Shown: in pieces, positions 45,988 through 56,589 of the stretch
Position numbering within the stretch: position 1 is the stretch's first letter
Layout of the letters: each line of letters begins with the position of its first letter
NCBI GenBank assembly: GCA_964624495.1
Contig: CAZUYN010000001.1
Span: forward strand, 1-61,787
DNA length: 61,787 nucleotides
Reading direction: 5' to 3'
Source of the DNA: an uncultured Clostridia bacterium
GTDB lineage: Bacteria; Bacillota; Clostridia; Christensenellales; Borkfalkiaceae
Translations under genes and position numbers: made by a program
The notes under the pieces: generated by a model
The model's database searches: none
What the model was told of the DNA's origin: nothing
Seen by the model: the letters and a program-made list of their open reading frames with translations, nothing else

Positions 45988-47532
45988 TTAGTCGATAGCG
46001 CGAAATCTTTCGTAGAGCTTTTCGGCGACGCCTATTCCGTCCGCCGCGGAGGAGGTTATACCGCCCGAATAGCCGCTTCCCTCTCCGCAAGGATATAAAT
46101 TTTTCAAAGAAACGCTCTGCCCGTCGCCGCCGCGCAAAATCTTCACGGGCGACGAAAAACGGCTTTCCACCCCCGTCATTACGGCGGAAGGGCAGTCAAA
46201 GCCCTTTAACCTTCCGCCCATATCGGGCAGCGCCGCCTTTAAGGTGTTTACCGCTACGGGCGGCAAAAGCTCGCTCATAGGCGCGAAGCCGACGCCCGCG
46301 GCGTAGGTGGGATTGACCCCGTCGAAGCCCGTGGAGAGCCTGTCCTTTAAAAAATCGCCCAATAGCTGTACGGGCGCTTTATAGCCCCCGCCGCCCAAAA
46401 GAAACGCCTTTCGTTCGAGAGCGCGCTGGAAGCGCACGCCGGCAAATAAATCGTCCGCGCCGAAATCTTCGCGCCGCATCTGCACCATAACGGCGGAATT
46501 GGAATTTACTCCGTCACGTTTGTAATCGCTCATACCGTTGACGACCACGCCGCCTTTTTCGCTCGCGGCAGGTATAACCACTCCGCCCGGGCACATACAG
46601 AAGGTAAAAGCCGTCCTTTCGCCTGCGTGGCTGACGAGATTATAGTCCGCCGCAGGCAGATATTTAGCCGCCTCGCCGTACTGCGACCGCGAAACCGATT
46701 CCGCCAAATGCTCTATCCTGACGCCGACGGCAAAGTCGCGAGGCTCCATATAAACGCCGACGCCGTTCAGCATTTCGAACGTATCGCGCGCGGAATGCCC
46801 GACCGCGAGCACAGCCGAGTCCACGGGCAAAAGCGAAGCGCTTCCGCTCTTGACGTCCTTTAAAATCAGAGCGGTAAGACGGGAGTCGCGTTGTTCTATT
46901 CCGTCGAGCACGGTGTTGAACATATACCTGCCGCCGTTATCGGTGACGAACCTGCGCAAATTTTGCAAAACGCCGTACAGCCTGTCGCTTCCGACGTGGG
47001 GTTTGTTGAGATAAAGTATTTCTTCGGGGGCGCCGAAGCGTACGAAAGTTGCAAGGACGTCGGCGTTCAGCCCGTCCTTTGTGCGCGTGACGAGCTTTCC
47101 GTCCGAAAACGCGCCCGCGCCGCCCTCGCCGAACTGCACGTTGCTCTCCTCGTCGAGCGCGCCGCCGCCGAAAAATTTAAGACAGCTTTCGCGCCTGTCC
47201 TCCGCCTGTTCTCCGCGTTCGATTATTATCGGCTTGAAGCCGCGCTCTATAAGTCTGACGGCGCAAAACAGCCCTGCCGGACCCGCGCCGACGACGGCTA
47301 CGACGGGCGGATTTTTAATCTTCTCCAACGCGGGCTTTACCTCGGTTTCCTCCCTTTCGGAATAGGCGACCGAATACAGCCAGAACACGTTGCGCTTGTC
47401 GCGCGCGTCGAGCGATTTTTTAAGTATTTTAAAATATTTTATTTTACAGCGGACGCACTTTTCGGCAAGGGCTTTAAGCTCGCTTTCCGGTCTTGAAACG
47501 GGGAGTTTAAGATTGTCTATCCGCTTAATCAT
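45988..47532 (-). CDS. FAD-dependent oxidoreductase (COG2509-type uncharacterised dehydrogenase)
   Basis: Dinucleotide-binding motif VVGAGPAGLFCA about 85 aa from the N-terminus, with the family-typical N-terminal ferredoxin-like segment. 8-nt overlap with the upstream gene. Confidence 0.8.
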   Translation of the reverse strand: MIKRIDNLKLPVSRPESELKALAEKCVRCKIKYFKILKKSLDARDKRNVFWLYSVAYSEREETEVKPALEKIKNPPVVAVVGAGPAGLFCAVRLIERGFKPIIIERGEQAEDRRESCLKFFGGGALDEESNVQFGEGGAGAFSDGKLVTRTKDGLNADVLATFVRFGAPEEILYLNKPHVGSDRLYGVLQNLRRFVTDNGGRYMFNTVLDGIEQRDSRLTALILKDVKSGSASLLPVDSAVLAVGHSARDTFEMLNGVGVYMEPRDFAVGVRIEHLAESVSRSQYGEAAKYLPAADYNLVSHAGERTAFTFCMCPGGVVIPAASEKGGVVVNGMSDYKRDGVNSNSAVMVQMRREDFGADDLFAGVRFQRALERKAFLLGGGGYKAPVQLLGDFLKDRLSTGFDGVNPTYAAGVGFAPMSELLPPVAVNTLKAALPDMGGRLKGFDCPSAVMTGVESRFSSPVKILRGGDGQSVSLKNLYPCGEGSGYSGGITSSAADGIGVAEKLYERFRAID

Positions 47533-48709
47533 TTCGCCGTTGACCCCCGACTATGCTTGAATTAATGCATTCCGCCGCATATATGCCGCTTGCGAACGCA
47601 AAGCTTAAATTGTAACCGCCGCAATCGCCGTCCGCGTCCAGAACCTCGCCCGCGAAATACAGTCCTTTGACAAATTTACTTTCTAAATCGCCGCCTATTT
47701 CGTTGCGCGGAACGCCGCCCTTGGTCACCTGCGCATAGTCCCAGCCGAGAGCGCCCTCTACCCCGACGGGAAAGTTTTTGACTAAAAACGCGATATCTTC
47801 GGGTCGGGAGCTATTACACCTTTTGATTATTTCCCTGCCCAGAGCGTTATGCAGGGTGCCCCCCAAAAGCTCGCTGCGTTCATACCCGTTATTCTGTCTT
47901 GCGGCGATGACGGAGGCGATTTTTTCGGCGGGCACGCCGGGGAGAAATTCGAGGCTGAGGCTGACGTTCTTTTCGCCCGAGCAATAAGCCGATGCGTAGA
48001 AAACGGCGTTACCCGACAGACCGTAATCGGTGAATATCACGTCGCCGCAGGTTACCGCCGAGGGCTTACCCTGCCCGTCCTTTACGGTTACGCGGCAGTC
48101 GGCGCGTATGCCTTTGAGCGCTTTAAAACCGCCCGTGCACTTTAACTGCACGAGCGACGGGTACAGCGGCGTTACGCTGTGCCCCAGCCCGACCGCCAGC
48201 GCATAAGCCGAGCCGTCGGTCATAAATTGCTTTTGCGCCTTGCCGCCCGCGGCGAGCAAAACGCGCGAGCTTTTTATAACTTCGCCGTCCTTCAAGGTTA
48301 TTTCCAATTTGTCCGAAAGTTTGACGCAAGGAGCGTCCGTAAGCACGGTTACGCCCCCTTTCCTCACCTTTTTTATAAGGCAGTCGGAAACGGCGGAAGC
48401 CTGCTTGCCGGCAGGATAAATCCGCCCCGATTTGTCGGTCACCGTTAAAAAATCGAAGAGCGACAGCGCGTCCGTTCTTCCGCAAATTTCCTCGGCGAGG
48501 GCCGCGCAACTGCCGTGGTAATGCCCGTGCGGCGCGTCCGCGTTCGCGACGTTGCCCTGTCCGTTGCCCGTAGCGGCGATTTTTTTACCCAAGCGGTTGC
48601 CCGCCTCCACTATGACGACGGACAGATTTTTATTGAGTTCTGTAAGCCTTACGGCGCAGGCAAGCCCTGCCGCGCCGCCGCCTATAATTGCCACGTCGAA
48701 GGTTTTCAT
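47525..48709 (-). CDS. HI0933/BaiN-family FAD-dependent oxidoreductase
   Basis: N-terminal DVAIIGGGAAGLACA, C-terminal GLYFAGEVLDADGDCGGYNL. The minus strand reads TTGACA-17-TAAAAT, then 6 nt, then ATG 48709. Confidence 0.85.
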   Translation of the reverse strand: MKTFDVAIIGGGAAGLACAVRLTELNKNLSVVIVEAGNRLGKKIAATGNGQGNVANADAPHGHYHGSCAALAEEICGRTDALSLFDFLTVTDKSGRIYPAGKQASAVSDCLIKKVRKGGVTVLTDAPCVKLSDKLEITLKDGEVIKSSRVLLAAGGKAQKQFMTDGSAYALAVGLGHSVTPLYPSLVQLKCTGGFKALKGIRADCRVTVKDGQGKPSAVTCGDVIFTDYGLSGNAVFYASAYCSGEKNVSLSLEFLPGVPAEKIASVIAARQNNGYERSELLGGTLHNALGREIIKRCNSSRPEDIAFLVKNFPVGVEGALGWDYAQVTKGGVPRNEIGGDLESKFVKGLYFAGEVLDADGDCGGYNLSFAFASGIYAAECINSSIVGGQRRND

Positions 48710-48786
48710 ACCTTGATTTTACAACTTTAACGGCTTACTGTCAACAAATAGGCGGCGCGTTTACCGCGCCGCCCGTTCGGGTTGGG

Positions 48787-49299
48787 TTACCGGCATTTCA
48801 AACCGCCGAGTATTTCCTTTAAAACCTCGATATGTAAATTTTCGTCGTCTATAATTCTGCAAACAAGCGTCTGCAAAACGGGATTTTTCAGCCTCGTCAG
48901 CATTCGCTCGTAGATATACACGGCGTACTTTTCGCCCATTATGTCGTCCTCTATCATATTCCGCAAGGAGCGCGAATAGGCGACGAATTTGGTAGAATAA
49001 AAATTGAATTGCGACGGCGGATTAAATGTATAAACGGGCTGCGCGCCCAATCTTATAAGCGCTTCCGCAAGCATTTCGAGATGCATCATTTCGGCGACGG
49101 CGATGCTTTTAAGCCGCTCCGCGTTCTCCCTGTCTCCGCTACACGCAAAATTTATCGAATGGTATATATACTGCAACGTCGCGTTCAGCTCCCCCGACGA
49201 GCTTGCATAGGCGGGCGACAGCGCGCGCACCGCGCAGGGGTCGTGGCTCAGTCCGTCCAAATCGGGGTATCTTCCTTCGGCAATCAGCGGTTTCGGCAT
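48787..49299 (-). CDS. Ferritin-like diiron protein (Mn-catalase/CotJC-related)
   Basis: Two ExxH motifs (AEMMHLE, DENLHIE) plus ELNATLQYIY and EKYAVYIYE helices. SD AAGGAG. Confidence 0.6.
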   Translation of the reverse strand: MPKPLIAEGRYPDLDGLSHDPCAVRALSPAYASSSGELNATLQYIYHSINFACSGDRENAERLKSIAVAEMMHLEMLAEALIRLGAQPVYTFNPPSQFNFYSTKFVAYSRSLRNMIEDDIMGEKYAVYIYERMLTRLKNPVLQTLVCRIIDDENLHIEVLKEILGGLKCR

Positions 49300-49395
49300 A
49301 AAATAATACTCCTTAAAAAATACTTGCTTTTACAAAATATTCTTTTAAGGAGCGATTTTGTTAAAATATTCGCCGCGAACGGTTAAACCGACGGG

Positions 49396-52209
49396 TCAGA
49401 GAACGGTCTTTAAAAACGCGCCCGTATAGCTGTCCTTGTTTTCTGCCACGGCTTCGGGCGAGCCGCAGGCTATCAGGGAGCCTCCCCTGTCGCCGCCCTC
49501 GGGTCCCAAATCTATTATCCAGTCCGCCGTCTTGATTACGTCGAGGTTGTGCTCGATGACTATTACCGTATTGCCGCCGTCGCGGAGTCTGGCTAAAATT
49601 TTTACGAGCTTGTCCACGTCGTAGCTGTGCAGACCCGTAGTGGGCTCGTCCAGAATATAAACCGTCTTGCCCGTTCCGCGTTTGGAAAGCTCGGCGGCGA
49701 GCTTTACCCTCTGCGCTTCGCCGCCCGAAAGGGTGGTCGCGCTCTGCCCCAATTTTATATAGCCGAGCCCGACGTCCGAAAGCGTCTGCAATTTATTGTG
49801 TATAGAGCTTATCGGCGCGAAAAATTCGGCGGCTTCTTCTACGGTCATATCGAGCACGTCGGAAATAGACTTGCCCTTATACTTTACTTCTAACGTTTCG
49901 CGGTTGTATCTCTTACCGCCGCAGACCTCGCACGGGACGAAGATGTCCGGCAGGAAGTGCATCGCAATTTGAAGTATGCCGTCGCCCTGACAGTGTTCGC
50001 AACGGCCGCCCGCGACGTTAAAGGAAAATCTGCCGCTCTTATACCCCCTTTCCTTGGCGTCGGGCGTAGCCGCAAACAAATCGCGTATCATCGTAAAAAC
50101 GCCCGTATAAGTCGCGGGATTGCTCCTCGGGGTTCTGCCTATGGGCTGTTGGTCTATGGCGATAACCTTGTCGAAATATTCGATTCCCTCGAAGCTCTCC
50201 GCGTTGCCGAGCTTCTGCCGCGCGCCGTTGAGGCGGTTGGCGAGATAGGGATATACGATTTCGTTTACAAGGCTCGACTTACCCGACCCCGAAACTCCCG
50301 TGACCGCGGTTATAAGCCCCACGGGGAAGCTGACGTCTATGCCTTTAAGATTGTTCTGGCGGCAACCCTTTGCCGTAAAAAATCTGCCGTCGGGGGAAAC
50401 GCGGCGTTCGGGAACGGGGATATGGCGCCGCCCCGCGAGATAGTCTCCCGTTATGGAACGGGGCTCGTTCATAATATCTTGCAGCGTACCGCACGCCACC
50501 ACTTCGCCGCCGTGCACGCCAGCCTTAGGTCCTATATCAACTATATAGTCCGCCGCCCTTATGGTGTCCTCGTCGTGTTCGACCACGATAAGAGTGTTGC
50601 CGATATCGCGCAAGCCCTTTAAGCTGTTGAGCAGCTTTACGTTGTCGCGCTGGTGCAGACCGATGGACGGCTCGTCCAAAATATACAATACCCCCGTCAG
50701 CGCGCTGCCTATCTGCGTTGCAAGGCGTATGCGCTGGCTTTCGCCGCCCGACAAAGTCGCCGCCGAACGCGAAAGCGTCAGATAGCCGAGCCCGACGTTC
50801 TGCAAAAAGCTTATGCGGCTGTCTATTTCCTTTATTATGTTGTCGGCAATCATATGCTCCGAGGGAGTAAAGAACGAAAAATCCGAAAACGCCTTTAAAT
50901 CGTCCACGGACATTTCGCAGACCTCGGCGATATTTTTACCGCCGACGGTCACGGCGAGGGCTTCATTTTTAAGCCTTTTACCGTGACAGCAGGGGCATTC
51001 CGCCGTGCGCATATACCTCTCTATATCCCATTTGACCGAATCGGAGGAGGTCTGGTTATAGCGCCTTTGGAGATTGGCGGCAAACCCCTCCCACGAGGTA
51101 CTGTAATTGCCCTTGAAGCGGTAGGCGTCGTACTCCATATCCACCTTTTCGCCGCCGTTGCCGTACATAAGCATATCGTACACGCCCTCCGGCAAGTCCT
51201 CCACGGGCACGTCCAGCGAAAAGCCGTATACCTTTGAAAGGGCTTTGATATACATCTGCGTCATAGCGGACGAGTCGAGGTTCCAGCCGCTTATCTTAAT
51301 CGCCCCGTCGCGCAACGTCTTGGTCTTGTCGGGGCATATAAGGTCGGGATCGACCGTCTGCGTAAAGCCCAGCCCCGAGCATTCCGGGCAGGCTCCCCAA
51401 GGGGTGTTGAACGAGAAAAGACGGGGCTCTATCTCCTCTATCGAAATACCGCATTCGGGGCAGGCGTACTTGGTGGAATACAGCTCCTCCCTGTCGCCGC
51501 AGTCGATTAAAACAAGCCCGTCGGCGAGCTTTAAGGCGTTTTCCAGACTGTCCGTAAGGCGTTTCAGCACGCCCTCCTTTACCACCAGACGGTCTATTAC
51601 CACCGAAATATTGTGCCGTTTATTCTTTTCTAAGTTAATCTCTTCCTGCAAATCGTAGACGATGCCGTCTATTTTCACCCTGCCGTAGCCGCTCTTTTTA
51701 TAATTTTTGAGTTCCTTTACAAATTCGCCCTTCTTGCCGCGGACGACGGGCGCTTCGATTATTATTTTGCTCCCCGCGGGCAGGAGCATTACGCGGTCCG
51801 CCATTTCGTCTACCGACTGCCTTCTTATCTCCCTGCCGCATTGGGGGCAGTGCGGAATGCCCACCCTTGCGAAAAGCAGGCGGAAATAATCGTATATCTC
51901 GGTTACCGTGCCCACGGTGGAGCGCGGATTGTGCGAAGTCGTCTTTTGGTCTATGGAAATCGCGGGGGAAAGTCCGTCGATGAGCTCCACGTCGGGCTTT
52001 TCCATCTGTCCCAAAAACTGACGGGCGTACGAGGACAGGCTTTCAATATACCGCCTTTGCCCCTCGGCGAAAATGGTGTCGAAAGCCAACGTCGATTTTC
52101 CGCTGCCCGAAAGTCCCGTAAATACAGTTAAAGTATTTCTGGGAATGTGCACGTCCACGTTTTTAAGATTATTTTCCTTTGCGCCTTTTACGTATATTTC
52201 GTCTTTCAT
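49396..52209 (-). CDS. uvrA: Excinuclease ABC subunit UvrA
   Basis: 937 aa with two ABC ATPase modules (GLSGSGKST, GVSGSGKSS) and zinc-finger CxxC pairs. Confidence 0.95.
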   Translation of the reverse strand: MKDEIYVKGAKENNLKNVDVHIPRNTLTVFTGLSGSGKSTLAFDTIFAEGQRRYIESLSSYARQFLGQMEKPDVELIDGLSPAISIDQKTTSHNPRSTVGTVTEIYDYFRLLFARVGIPHCPQCGREIRRQSVDEMADRVMLLPAGSKIIIEAPVVRGKKGEFVKELKNYKKSGYGRVKIDGIVYDLQEEINLEKNKRHNISVVIDRLVVKEGVLKRLTDSLENALKLADGLVLIDCGDREELYSTKYACPECGISIEEIEPRLFSFNTPWGACPECSGLGFTQTVDPDLICPDKTKTLRDGAIKISGWNLDSSAMTQMYIKALSKVYGFSLDVPVEDLPEGVYDMLMYGNGGEKVDMEYDAYRFKGNYSTSWEGFAANLQRRYNQTSSDSVKWDIERYMRTAECPCCHGKRLKNEALAVTVGGKNIAEVCEMSVDDLKAFSDFSFFTPSEHMIADNIIKEIDSRISFLQNVGLGYLTLSRSAATLSGGESQRIRLATQIGSALTGVLYILDEPSIGLHQRDNVKLLNSLKGLRDIGNTLIVVEHDEDTIRAADYIVDIGPKAGVHGGEVVACGTLQDIMNEPRSITGDYLAGRRHIPVPERRVSPDGRFFTAKGCRQNNLKGIDVSFPVGLITAVTGVSGSGKSSLVNEIVYPYLANRLNGARQKLGNAESFEGIEYFDKVIAIDQQPIGRTPRSNPATYTGVFTMIRDLFAATPDAKERGYKSGRFSFNVAGGRCEHCQGDGILQIAMHFLPDIFVPCEVCGGKRYNRETLEVKYKGKSISDVLDMTVEEAAEFFAPISSIHNKLQTLSDVGLGYIKLGQSATTLSGGEAQRVKLAAELSKRGTGKTVYILDEPTTGLHSYDVDKLVKILARLRDGGNTVIVIEHNLDVIKTADWIIDLGPEGGDRGGSLIACGSPEAVAENKDSYTGAFLKTVL

Positions 52210-52230
52210 ATTCGTTCCACCTTACGCGCT

Positions 52231-54204
52231 TCAACTCTTTTTTGCTTTGAACAGCTTTTTTCTCAGCTCGGATATGGCGTCGCGTATTTCTATAGCGCGT
52301 TCGAAATCGAGCTGCGCCGAGGCTACCTTCATCAGGGCTTTGAGCTTTTCAATCTCCACCGGAATGTCGCTTACCTTTATATCGTCCGCGCTCTTCTTTT
52401 TGGACGTTATGCCGAGCGAAATTTTTTCTTCCTTTATTATGGTTTTGGGCGTTATGCCGTGCGCCTTGTTGTATTCGTCCTGTATCTTGCGGCGGCGGTT
52501 GGTTTCGTCTATCGCCCTCTTCATACTGCCCGTCATTACGTCGGCGTACATTATAACCCTGCCGTCGGCGTTCCTCGCCGCCCTGCCGATCGTCTGCACG
52601 AGCGCGGTTTCGCTCCTTAAAAATCCCTCTTTGTCGGCGTCGAGTATAGCCACGAGCTTAACCTCGGGCAGGTCGAGCCCCTCCCTAAGCAAATTTATGC
52701 CGCACAGCACGTCGAATTCGTCGCCGCGCAATCCGTTGATTATATCTATGCGCTCCAAGGCGTCGATATCCGAGTGCATATAGCGCACCCTCTTGCCGTG
52801 CTCCTTTAAATAGTCGGTCAGATTTTCCGCCATACGCTTGGTCATAGTGGTTACGAGTATCTTTCCGCCCGACGCCACGACGGCGTTTATTTCGCCGAGC
52901 AAATCGTCTATCTGGTTTTTAGTGGGGCGTACGGTCACCTCGGGGTCCAACAGCCCCGTAGGGCGTATTAACTGCTCTACCGTCTGACCCGACTGCTCCA
53001 ATTCGTAAGGGGCGGGGGTCGCGGAAACGCAGATGAGCTGGGGCACCCTTTCGTCGAATTCTTCAAACGTAAGAGGGCGGTTGTCGTACGCCGAAGTCAG
53101 CCTGAAACCGTAGTTTACGAGGTTGTCCTTGCGCGAACGGTCGCCGTGGTACATTGCGCGTATCTGCGGTATAGTCATATGGCTTTCGTCGATAAACACC
53201 AAAAATTTACCCGACGGGAAGTAGTCCAACAGCGTGAAAGACGGTTCGCCCGGGCTGCGCCCGTCGAAATAACGGGAATAATTTTCCACGCCCGAGCAAT
53301 AGCCTATCTCCCTCATCATCTCCAAATCGAAGTTCGTGCGCTGTTCCAGCCGCTGCGCCTCCAATAATTTGCCGCAGTCGCGGAACGCCTTTACCTCTTG
53401 CTTCATATCGGTTTCTATCATAGACAGGGCGCGCTGCATTTTGTCGCTGCCCACGGCGTATTGGTTTGCGGGGAAGATAAGGACGTGTTTGAGCTCCGAC
53501 AAAATATTGCCCGTCAGCGCGTCCACTTCACATATTCTGTCTATTTCGTCGCCGAAAAATTCCACGCGTACCGCCACTTCGGAATTGCTCGCCGGAAATA
53601 TCTCCACGATGTCGCCGCGCACCCTGAAACAGGTACGGTGAAAATCGGTATCGTTGCGCTGGTACTGTATCTCCACCAATCTGCGCAACAGCGCGTCGCG
53701 CCCGACCACGTCGCCGGGGCGCAGGGATATGGCGAGGCGGAAATATTCTTCGGGGGCGCCGAGCCCGTATATGCAGGAGACCGACGCCACGACGATTACG
53801 TCCTCCCTCTCCCCGAGGGAGCTGGTCGCCGAATTGCGCAGCTTGTCGATTTCGTCGTTTAAGCTCATATCCTTTTCTATATAGGTATCGGTGGACGGGA
53901 TATAGCTTTCGGGCTGGTAATAATCGTAGTAGGATACGAAGTATTCCACCCTGTTTTCGGGGAAAAATTCCTTAAATTCGTTGCAAAGCTGCGCGGCGAG
54001 CGTTTTATTATGCGCGATTACCAAAGCAGGGCGTCCTATCTCCTTTATGACGTTCGCCATGGTAAAGGTCTTGCCCGAGCCCGTAACGCCCAAAAGCACC
54101 TGCGTGCGGATACCGTCCCTGACGCCTTCTACAAGTTTTTCTATCGCCTGCGGCTGGTCGCCCGTCGGGCTGAATTTGGAATGTAATTTAAAATCAACAG
54201 ACAT
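52231..54204 (-). CDS. uvrB: Excinuclease ABC subunit UvrB
   Basis: [17 protein letters not shown], Walker A GVTGSGKT, helicase motifs and a C-terminal UVR domain. ATG 54204 is preferred over the ORF-track start at 54411. Confidence 0.95.
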   Translation of the reverse strand: MSVDFKLHSKFSPTGDQPQAIEKLVEGVRDGIRTQVLLGVTGSGKTFTMANVIKEIGRPALVIAHNKTLAAQLCNEFKEFFPENRVEYFVSYYDYYQPESYIPSTDTYIEKDMSLNDEIDKLRNSATSSLGEREDVIVVASVSCIYGLGAPEEYFRLAISLRPGDVVGRDALLRRLVEIQYQRNDTDFHRTCFRVRGDIVEIFPASNSEVAVRVEFFGDEIDRICEVDALTGNILSELKHVLIFPANQYAVGSDKMQRALSMIETDMKQEVKAFRDCGKLLEAQRLEQRTNFDLEMMREIGYCSGVENYSRYFDGRSPGEPSFTLLDYFPSGKFLVFIDESHMTIPQIRAMYHGDRSRKDNLVNYGFRLTSAYDNRPLTFEEFDERVPQLICVSATPAPYELEQSGQTVEQLIRPTGLLDPEVTVRPTKNQIDDLLGEINAVVASGGKILVTTMTKRMAENLTDYLKEHGKRVRYMHSDIDALERIDIINGLRGDEFDVLCGINLLREGLDLPEVKLVAILDADKEGFLRSETALVQTIGRAARNADGRVIMYADVMTGSMKRAIDETNRRRKIQDEYNKAHGITPKTIIKEEKISLGITSKKKSADDIKVSDIPVEIEKLKALMKVASAQLDFERAIEIRDAISELRKKLFKAKKS

Positions 54205-54212
54205 ATGTATAT

Positions 54213-54264
54213 GAACAATAGTTTTTATTGAAGCTATTATATATCGCGGCGATATAAAAAGCAA
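54213..54264 (-). promoter_or_regulatory. uvrB promoter with Cheo-box-like LexA site
   Basis: Minus strand reads TTGCTT (54259-54264), 17 nt, TATAAT (54236-54241). GAACAATAGTTT (54213-54224; GAAC-N4-GTTT) lies between the -10 and the ATG. Confidence 0.45.
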
Positions 54265-54316
54265 ATAATTTAAAGCTTCGGACAAAGAAAAAATGCGTGA
54301 GCCGCGTTGCCCGTAA

Positions 54317-55039
54317 TTATAATCGCGTCCGCCGGTTTTTAAAATCGGCGAGCAAATCTTTGACCGTTTCGGCGGCGAGCAGAAAGCCCGCCGCGGGCGG
54401 CACGAACGCAACCGACCCGGGGATATGCCTGCCGCCCTCGCTTATAACCTTCGTCTTAGGCTCCTCCTCGGAATAGACGACTTTAAGGGAGGTTACGCCC
54501 CTGCTTTTCAGCTCCCGACGCATTACGCGTGCCAGCGGACAGACCTTTGTGGAGTAAATATCCGACACCTTGAAGCCCGTCGGGTCGAGCTTGTTGCCCG
54601 TACCCATACAGGATATGAGCGGCGTTCCCACCCTTTTGCAGCATACCGCCAGAAGCAGCTTTGCGGACACCTCGTCCACGGCGTCCACGACGTAATCGAA
54701 AGCCGTGAAATCTACCGACGGCTCGGTTTCCTCATTGAAGAAAAAAACGTGTTGGTTGGCGCATATGTCGGGGTTAATGTCCTTTATGCGCTCCGCCGCC
54801 GCCTGCGCCTTCGGCTTGCCTATCGTGCTGTGCAACGCTAAAATCTGGCGGTTGATATTCGTTACCGAAACGCAGTCGCCGTCAAACAAATCGAGCGTCC
54901 CCACGCCCGACCTTGCGAGCGCTTCCACTACGTAACCGCCCACTCCGCCGAGTCCGAAAACGGCTACGCGGCATTCGCCGAGGCGCGCCATATCCTCTTC
55001 CCCGAAAACGAGGGCAGTCCTTGAAAATTCTTCTTTCAT
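54317..55039 (-). CDS. tcdA: tRNA threonylcarbamoyladenosine dehydratase (ThiF-family, TcdA/CsdL)
   Basis: [23 protein letters not shown]...NINRQ. The minus strand reads TTGCTT-17-TGcTATAAT (55046-55074), then 6 nt, then ATG 55039. Confidence 0.85.
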   Translation of the reverse strand: MKEEFSRTALVFGEEDMARLGECRVAVFGLGGVGGYVVEALARSGVGTLDLFDGDCVSVTNINRQILALHSTIGKPKAQAAAERIKDINPDICANQHVFFFNEETEPSVDFTAFDYVVDAVDEVSAKLLLAVCCKRVGTPLISCMGTGNKLDPTGFKVSDIYSTKVCPLARVMRRELKSRGVTSLKVVYSEEEPKTKVISEGGRHIPGSVAFVPPAAGFLLAAETVKDLLADFKNRRTRL

Positions 55040-55142
55040 AGCCGTATTATAGCACGCCCGAAAGGATAAAGCAAACCGACGGAAGCTATTTCCGCCGGCG
55101 CGTTCAAGAAAGTATAATTCTGTTTTAAAGCTTCGGGCAAGC

Positions 55143-56465
55143 TCAGTCGGGGGTTGACGGAACGCAGGGGAAGTATGCGTAGAAAGTCGAGCCTACTCCC
55201 TCGGCGGAATCGACGCCGAATTTGAATTTATGGCTTTGCAGTATGATTTTTACGATGTTGAGTCCCAGCCCCGTGCCCTTGACGGGTCGCGTGTGGCTGT
55301 CCTTACTGCGGTAATACCTGTCCCAGATATGGGTCAGCTCCTCCTCCGGAATTCCCTTGCCCGTATCCCTTACGGCAAATTTTATAAGGTCGGTTTCGGG
55401 CTCGTATTTAAGAGAGATAAATACCGTCTTATCCTCCCCCGTGTAGTTGACGGCGTTGGAGATGAGATTGTAGACGACCTGATAAATCTTTTCCTCGTCG
55501 CCCGAAGAGTAAAGGTTGGGGTCTACGTCCACCATAAGCGAATAGCCCTGCGTTTCCTGCAGGTAAGAAAATTTATTGATTACGCTGTATAAAAGCTCGG
55601 TAATGTTGAATACCTTTATATTCAGTTGCTGTAAGCCCGAGCTGATTTTCGACGTGTTGAGTATGTCGTTTACCAGCCCCGTCAGCCTGTCCGATTCGTC
55701 TATTATGACCTGCAAGTGCTTCTCCCTCTTCTCCTTGTCGTCGCCCGATATCTCCTGTATCATCGACGCGTACGCCTTTATCATGGTAAGAGGCGTCTTT
55801 AAATCGTGGGAGACGTTTGCAAGCAGCTCCTTCTGAAAGTCGTCCGACTTCTTCATTTCGTCTTTCATATAATTAAGGCTGTCGGAAAGAGTGGCTATTT
55901 CGGCATACTGCGCGGAATTGAACTGCACGGAATAATCGCCGCCGGCGAGCTTTTGCGCCGTACGGGAGATTTCCTTTAACGGCGACGACAGCTTCTGCGC
56001 GAGCGTATAGGATATGAAAAACGCTATCATTACCGCGCCGAGCGCTATAATTATAAGAATGAGCTCTACGCTCATAACCGAAGCCGCCACAGAGCTTACG
56101 GGAAAATAGACGGCGCATTTTGCCTGAATTCCGTCGTAAACAATACAGGTGACGACGTTATAGATGACGTGGTTGTTCTTCTGCGCCGTAAAGTCGTATA
56201 CTCTGTCCTCTTCCCAGACGGACGCGTTTTCTTCAACTGCGTGATAGACGGCGTCCACGATTTCTTCTTTGAAATGCGCGTCCGATAAAAGACAGTTGCC
56301 GTTGCCGTCGAAGATAAAGACGAATATGCCTTCGGACAGAACGTATTCGTCTATGACTTCCTCCTTTTCCGCCCACGAAAGCTCGGGGTCGCACAATACC
56401 GAAACCAGGCTTGCGCTCGTTTCGTTTACGCGCCTTTTCGCGCCGTCTAATCCCGCGCTCGACAA
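55143..56465 (-). CDS. Sensor histidine kinase (TM1-sensor-TM2-HAMP-HisKA-HATPase)
   Basis: H-box SHDLKTPLT, N-box NLISNAVNYT, G-box GTGLGLNIVK. The ORF-track start is TTG 56465. TM1 (ILWRYFVFFAFGIVAVISLVFYGVL) is in frame upstream but has no canonical start (see finding). Confidence 0.85.
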   Translation of the reverse strand: MSSAGLDGAKRRVNETSASLVSVLCDPELSWAEKEEVIDEYVLSEGIFVFIFDGNGNCLLSDAHFKEEIVDAVYHAVEENASVWEEDRVYDFTAQKNNHVIYNVVTCIVYDGIQAKCAVYFPVSSVAASVMSVELILIIIALGAVMIAFFISYTLAQKLSSPLKEISRTAQKLAGGDYSVQFNSAQYAEIATLSDSLNYMKDEMKKSDDFQKELLANVSHDLKTPLTMIKAYASMIQEISGDDKEKREKHLQVIIDESDRLTGLVNDILNTSKISSGLQQLNIKVFNITELLYSVINKFSYLQETQGYSLMVDVDPNLYSSGDEEKIYQVVYNLISNAVNYTGEDKTVFISLKYEPETDLIKFAVRDTGKGIPEEELTHIWDRYYRSKDSHTRPVKGTGLGLNIVKIILQSHKFKFGVDSAEGVGSTFYAYFPCVPSTPD

Positions 56466-56589
56466 AACGCCGTAAAATACTAATGAAATTACGGCAACTA
56501 TGCCAAACGCGAAAAAGACGAAATAACGCCATAAAATCGTGTTGGTGCTATTTATTTTTTTTAATCGGGGGAGTTTCTTTTTCTTCCCG

